Shown here: positions 57,470-64,000 of the stretch, piece after piece | How the letters are laid out: each line of letters begins with the position of its first letter | Numbering within the stretch: position 1 is the first letter of the stretch | From: Octopus vulgaris | Lineage: Eukaryota | NCBI GenBank assembly: GCA_951406725.2 | Contig: OX597816.1 | Span: 102,672,001-102,736,000 of the forward strand | Length of the DNA stretch: 64,000 nt | Direction: 5' to 3' | Notes under the pieces: generated by a model | Databases searched by the model: none | The model's input: only the letters and a program-made list of their open reading frames with translations | Told to the model about the DNA's origin: nothing | Translations under genes and position numbers: made by a program

Positions 57470-58742
57470 TATCTATCAACACCGGAAGGATTTAAAGTAA
57501 AGTTGACCTCGGTGGGATTTGAACTTGAGAAAGCAGAAAGCCGGAACAGAATCACACGACCTTTTATTCAACGTTCTAACGTTTATGCCAATTCGTCACC
57601 TTCCAATTGACGATTATCTTATCAATATAGGAAATAGACGCTGCGCCTTGCCAAAATAAATAATCTAATGAAATTAGGCGTCACAATGTCCCTTACTGTT
57701 TCTTCCAATGTATGTAACGCTTAAACGAACTTAAAGAGAGACTTAATTCTTTCGTTGATTTTTAAAGAAGCTAAACAACAACAATAATAATAGTAATCCT
57801 TTCTAGTGGAGGCACAAAGCTTCGAATTTGTGTGGGGGGAGGGGACTAGTTGATTACATCGACCTCAGTGTTTTACTGGTTTTTAATTCATCGGCCTCGA
57901 AAGATAAAGTCAAACTCGGTGGAATTTGAACTCAGAACGTAGTGACAAGCGAAATACGTATTTCTTTACTGCCCACAAGGAGCTACACACAGAGGGGACA
58001 AACAAGGACAGACAAATGAATTAAGTCGATTATATCGACCCCAGTGCGTAACTGGTACTTATTTAATCGATACCGAAAGGATGAAAGGCAAAGTCGATCT
58101 CGGCTGAATTTGAACTCAGAACGTAGCGGCAGACGAAATACTGCTAAGCATTTTACCCAGCGTGCTAACGATTCTGCCAGCTCGCCGCCTTAAAAATAAT
58201 TATTTCAAATTTTGATACAATGTCAGTAATTTCGGGGAAAGGGTCAAGTCGATTACATCGACCCTAGTGCTCAACTGTAATTTAATTTTATCGATTTCGA
58301 AAGGATAAAGGCAAAGTCGACCTCGGTGGCATTTGAACTCAGAACGTTAAGACGGCGCGTTAACGATTCTGCCAGTTGCCGCCTTAATAATAATGATTTC
58401 AAATTTTAGCACAAGCCCAGCAATTTCGGGGAAAGGGGTAAGTCGATTATATCGAACCAGTATTCAACTGGTACTTATATCATCGACCCCGAAAGGATGA
58501 AAGGCAAAATCGACCTCGGCAGAATTTGCACTCAGAACATAGCGGCAGACGAAATACCGGTAAGAATTTCGCCCGGCGTGCTAACGATTCTGCCAGCTCA
58601 CCACAAGGGCAGCCATTTTAAAGGAGGGGATGATCCCCCAGTATTTCACTGGTACTAAATTTATCGACTCCGAAGGGATGAAAGGCAAAGTTGACCTCGG
58701 CGAAATTTGAACTCATACTAACGATTCTGCCAGCTCGTTGCC

Positions 58743-58800
<58 letters not shown>

Positions 58801-58997
58801 TTTAAAATTGTTTGCCACAAGGGCAGCTTGGGGAGGGGATTAAGTCGATTACATCAACCCACAGTGCGTAACTGGTACTTATTTAGTCGATCCTGAAAGG
58901 ATAAAAGGCAAAGTCGACCTCGGCGGAATTTGAACTCAGAACGCCGCAAAACATTTCACCCGGCGGCGTGCTAAAGATTCTGCCAGCTCGCACCTTA
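57470..58997 (-). mobile_element. Tandem array of about seven family A SINEs separated by (AAT)n
   Basis: Core aaaggcaaagtcgacctcggcggaatttgaactcagaac and head gattctgccagctcgccgcctt repeat, all in the same orientation. Confidence 0.92.
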
Positions 58998-59012
58998 ATA
59001 ATAATAATAATG

Positions 59013-59076
<64 letters not shown>

Positions 59077-59511
59077 TAATAATAATAATAATAATAATAA
59101 TAATGTAATTTCCCAAGAAACCCAGAAAAAGAAAATGGCATGCATAAGATTAGCTGTCAGCAAGTCAAGAACATGATGCGGTTTGAATCTGCTGCTAATA
59201 ATGCACTTGACAAAATCTTGTATATAGCAGTTCTTATTTCCCAAGTCTTTTCCTGGAATGACGGAAGGGATCTCTATGCGTAATGTTTAAAACATAAGAT
59301 GATTTAAATATAAAAATAAAATCTTGTATTCAGTATTATTTTCAAGCTGATTTATTATTCTGCTATATAAACCCCGTCATATCCAGGAAGATGAACAGGA
59401 TTATGTGATCCCTCTGTGTTTCACTGCTTGCTACACCGTTTCTTCAAGTGGGAGGAAGGACAAGTAAATTTGACCTCAGCGGGATTTGAACTAAGAGCCG
59501 ATCTCTCAACC

Positions 59512-59573
<62 letters not shown>

Positions 59574-59630
59574 ATGTGTATTTATACATTCATATGTATG
59601 TGTATGTATGTGTGTGCGTGTGTCTGCGTA

Positions 59631-59694
<64 letters not shown>

Positions 59695-59708
59695 CATACA
59701 TACATACA

Positions 59709-59800
<92 letters not shown>

Positions 59801-60019
59801 CACACAACATATGCAGCACGGATTTTTGTCAGTGATCAGGTCGCGGTCTTAAAGCGACGAAAATATTTTGACAAATTAAATTTAAATGTTGAAGTGAATC
59901 GAACGGCTTTTGTGTGTTTGTCGAATGGCTTACAAACACCTTCCACGCTGCAATTGTTTTCGTTTCAGCACACGATTGCAGATCAAATCACTTGCTATGC
60001 AAGTACATCTCCGTAATAT

Positions 60020-60073
<54 letters not shown>

Positions 60074-60182
60074 AATAAATGCGCCCTTTTAACGCCTAGC
60101 CAAACTCATGGGCCTGATTTCCCGGTTTCGATATATATACATATATACAATAATATATGTATGTGCGCGTGTATATATATAT

Positions 60183-60225
<43 letters not shown>

Positions 60226-60923
60226 CATACATACACATATAAATGTATGTACACACACACATATCATTACTGTCATTATCATTGGTTGCTAGAAATAGCT
60301 ACTAAATCTCCCTAAAATCGCAGTTCAAGTCTTAAAAAAAATGGAAAAGAAAGAAACACATTGAATAATGTAGTAATACATACACTGTGTTTGACGGAGA
60401 GGCGAGACGGTCACAGCAGGAATGCATTTTGTTCGTAAATGGAATTGACCTAGCCTGATCTGGTATTAAGCAACAACAACAACAACAACATCATCGATAA
60501 CGTAACAGAGGAGAAACAAACAGATTAAATTAAAGAGAAATTTAAAAATAAAAAAATATCGAAATATCATACAGTTATGAGAATTATGGCTAAATAGAGA
60601 GGTCATGTTGCATGGTATGGATCATCTCCCGCTCTCTCAATATGCAGTAGTAGGTGTTGTAATGAGGACGGCTGACTGCAACTGGAGGAATCAGTGTTTG
60701 AAGCAAGATATGCACCGGGTTTAGATATACGCGCGCATGTACACACGAATATATCGACAGCTACATACACAGACATGCGCACGGACACACACACACGAAA
60801 GCAAATATACTTACATACATACACATAGGCACACATAAACGCACGGGTATCTATCTATCTACATATGGATAAACGTATCAAACCATCTCCCTCCCTCCCT
60901 CTCTAACTCTTTCTCTCTCTCTT

Positions 60924-61001
<78 letters not shown>

Positions 61002-61121
61002 TATATAAATATATGCAAAGGTACATACATATATGTACATACCTGCACATATATGTTTCATATAAATGATATGATCGAACGCCACGCATTCTTTTCCAAG
61101 TAAGTTTTATGTATATATGTA

Positions 61122-61167
<46 letters not shown>

Positions 61168-61241
61168 ATAATATAATAAATAAAATATATGCATATATAC
61201 ATACATATATGTACATACTTACATCTACATGTATATATACA

Positions 61242-61298
<57 letters not shown>

Positions 61299-61301
<3 letters not shown>

Positions 61302-61464
61302 TGCAGGACACCACAAATAAACGTAGAACACAACGAGAAACGAAAACATAAAATCAAACAAGGAAACGGACTTTTTTTTTAAACAACGAAAAAACAGAGT
61401 ACAGGACAAACAATACAAGGAAAATTCCCCTTCATCAGCTGCCCCTGGTTCGACTCAATGCGTG
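61299..61464 (-). mobile_element. Short Penelope-like terminal-repeat fragment abutting (TA)n, with a partial hammerhead box
   Basis: Reverse complement: ...ggggcag CTGATGA aggggaattttcctt g..., a T-rich tract, then gtcctgcactc and (TA)n. No GAAA box in this copy. Confidence 0.5.
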
Positions 61465-61476
61465 AAGTTTTTATCC

Positions 61477-61534
<58 letters not shown>

Positions 61535-62259
61535 GTATATATGATGTGAACAAGATATATGTATGTGTGTATGCGTTTATATGTATGTGAGTGTGTGTAT
61601 AATCTACCTATCTGTCTATATATACAAGTGCGTGGGTGTGGGTGTGTGCGCTTGCGAATTTGTGCGCGCGCGCGCGTGCGTGTGTGTATTCGCCAGTGCA
61701 TGCAAACCCAATTGGTAAGAGTTGATTTCAGTCTTTGACAGATGAAGAGTAGCAGTAGTAGTAGCTGTTGCTGTTTAGCCCCAGGTCACCTCCGATGAAG
61801 TGGATATATGATCCAAGATTAGTTTGGTTGCTATTGTAGTAGATAGTATTGATAATAGTAGCAACAGATGTGTATGTGTGTGCGAGTATGTGTGCGTGTG
61901 TGTGTGTGTGCATGTGTGTGCATGTGTGTTCGTGTGTGTAGATGATGAAACCTGTTATATAGTCGTCATTTATTCTCTCTCCTTCCTCAAACTCTATCAT
62001 CCCTTTCCTTCTTCCTTTTCTTTCTTCCTCTTCTTCTTCTTCTTCTTCTCCTCCTCCTCTTCCTCCTTCCCAACACGCCTATGTACTCTCCACTTCTCCA
62101 TTGAATATTATAACACACACACACACACACTCACACACATACGCAAACACACACACAGAAACATATGTTGCAACATGGTGAGTCTTAAATATTACGAGCA
62201 ATGGAAACCATCTCTATCAGAGATCAAGACAATAATAGCAACAACAACAACAACAATTA

Positions 62260-62822
62260 TCCTTTCTGTCATAGGCACAAGGTTAGAATATTTGGCGGGA
62301 GAGGGGAGGAAGATAGTCGATTACATCGCCTCCCCCCCCCCCCCCCAATGTTCGATTGGCACTTATTTCATCGGCCCCAAAAGGGTGATAGGCGAAATCA
62401 ACCTCGGCAGTGTTTGAACTCAGAACGCAAAGCCGAAAAATATGCAGTTACGCATGTTGTCCGGCGCTTTAACACTTCGTTTCTACTCTGAGCACAAGAC
62501 CCGAAATTTTTGATGAGCAGGCTAGTCGATTAGATCGATCCCAGTATACAACTGGTACTTAATTTATCGATCCCGAAAGGATGAAAGGCATCAACAACAA
62601 CAACCAATAATAATGGTTTCAAATTTTGGAACAAGGCCAGCAATTTCGGGGGAGTGGATGATTCGATTACATATTTAATCAATATATATTTCTTTATTGC
62701 CCACAGGGGGCTAAACATAGAAGGGACAGACAAAGGGTGTATGTTGAAAGGTAAAGTCGACCTCGGCGGAATTTGAACTTAGAACGGCGCGCTAGCGATT
62801 CTGCTAGCTCGCCGCCACCTTA
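62260..62822 (-). mobile_element. Cluster of partial family A SINEs
   Basis: Tails ii, iii and i and the cores all lie in the same orientation. Confidence 0.85.
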
Positions 62823-62863
62823 ACGACGCCACCTTAACAATAATAACTTCAGTAATAGTTTAA

Positions 62864-63085
62864 CCCTTTAGTGTTCACATTATTCTGCCATAATTAATGC
62901 TTCTTCATCCACATTGTTTTGAACTAATCATGCATTATCTTGTAGCTATGAGATTTTGATGAGGTAGCAGTTAATTTTTAAAATGATATTGTAGGGTTGG
63001 TGTGAGAGACCAGACCTGGCCAGTTTTGAACATAAAACAAGCAGAATACTTTTGGGCGGATATGGCCGGTTTAAATGCCAAAGGG
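62864..63085. mobile_element. piggyBac-type MITE (222 bp) with TTAA target-site duplication
   Basis: TTAA (62860-63) ccctttagtgtt ... aatgccaaaggg TTAA (63086-89). Confidence 0.85.
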
Positions 63086-63302
63086 TTAAAAAAACAAAAT
63101 CCCTTTTCCTCAATAAACAAAACAAGCAAGCATAAAAATATATAAATAAGTAATTGAACAAGCGAATGAATAATTAAAATAAATTTATTTGGTAAAGACT
63201 TGATCGTTCAGTTCCGAGCCAGTAAAGTACAATGAAACTACAGGCAAGGAAAACGAGCAAAAATATAGTTAGTAGTTTTTGTATTAAAGAAGTAGATCAT
63301 CG

Positions 63303-63443
63303 TAGCAGTATTTCGTCTGCCGCTACGTTATGGGTTCAAATTCTGCCTAGGTTGACTTTGCTTTTCATCATTTCGAGGGTAATTTTATAAACGACTATCC
63401 CCTCCCCGAAATTTCACGCCTTGTGTTCTAATAGAAAGGATTA

Positions 63444-63496
<53 letters not shown>
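63303..63496 (+). mobile_element. 5'-truncated family A SINE (tail ii) with (ATT)n tail
   Basis: tagcagtatttcgtctgccgctacg...gttcaaattctgcc...gactttgcttttcatc...ccttgtgttctaatagaaagg(att)n. Confidence 0.8.
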
Positions 63497-63691
63497 TGTA
63501 CACACACACACAATATGTGCGTATATCAGTATGTGTGTGTATGTGAGCGCGCAGTTGTCATTTTAGATCAGGACCCACGCATTTGAGGATTGCATGTTTA
63601 ATTCTTCACGAGAAACTGCTATGCATCTTTTATGCATATGTTCAAATATAAGCAAAAAGGCGCACGCACATACACCATACATATATATACG

Positions 63692-63746
<55 letters not shown>

Positions 63747-64000
63747 AAGAGAGAGAGGTAAGTTTGTGTGTGTGTGTGTGTGTGTATGTGTGTGTGTTTC
63801 AAGCCGAGTGACTCTTCTCTTTACCTGTAACTTACTTTGGAAGCTCAGATGTACAGACCCTTATTTTCCCGAACGTACCCTGTACCTTCGACCTCATAGT
63901 CAGTAGGTGTACGGGCTAAAACGCTAAGAGATGCGGCGTTTACTAAAGATCTCATTGCGTGACAGGCCTAGTTATACTGCTATAAGAAAACCGTTCCTTA

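Noticed and set aside
57790-58997. Regularly spaced repeats superficially like a CRISPR array
   Set aside because: Units are ~150-230 bp SINEs in eukaryotic DNA, with no unique spacers and no cas genes.

Overview
This is AT-rich, microsatellite-saturated animal genomic DNA, intergenic or deep intronic. The SINE families and the extreme (TA)n/(CA)n/(TATC)n/(TATG)n/(AAT)n density point to an Octopus species; that assignment is from recognition, not a search. I find no credible host protein-coding exon, rRNA, intact tRNA or CRISPR array, and almost all listed ORFs are translations of simple repeats. The window contains: (1) many tRNA-derived SINEs, often in same-orientation clusters; (2) decayed CR1/jockey-type LINE fragments; (3) a DD34D mariner remnant, a DD37D/DUF4817-like Tc1/mariner remnant and several MITEs; (4) short Penelope-like terminal-repeat elements carrying minimal hammerhead ribozyme motifs, sitting in or next to (TA)n arrays. 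Two signals stand out. One mini-element copy starts exactly at the predicted hammerhead cleavage site of its sister copy. One SINE subfamily is repeatedly nested at two fixed positions within the heads of related SINEs.
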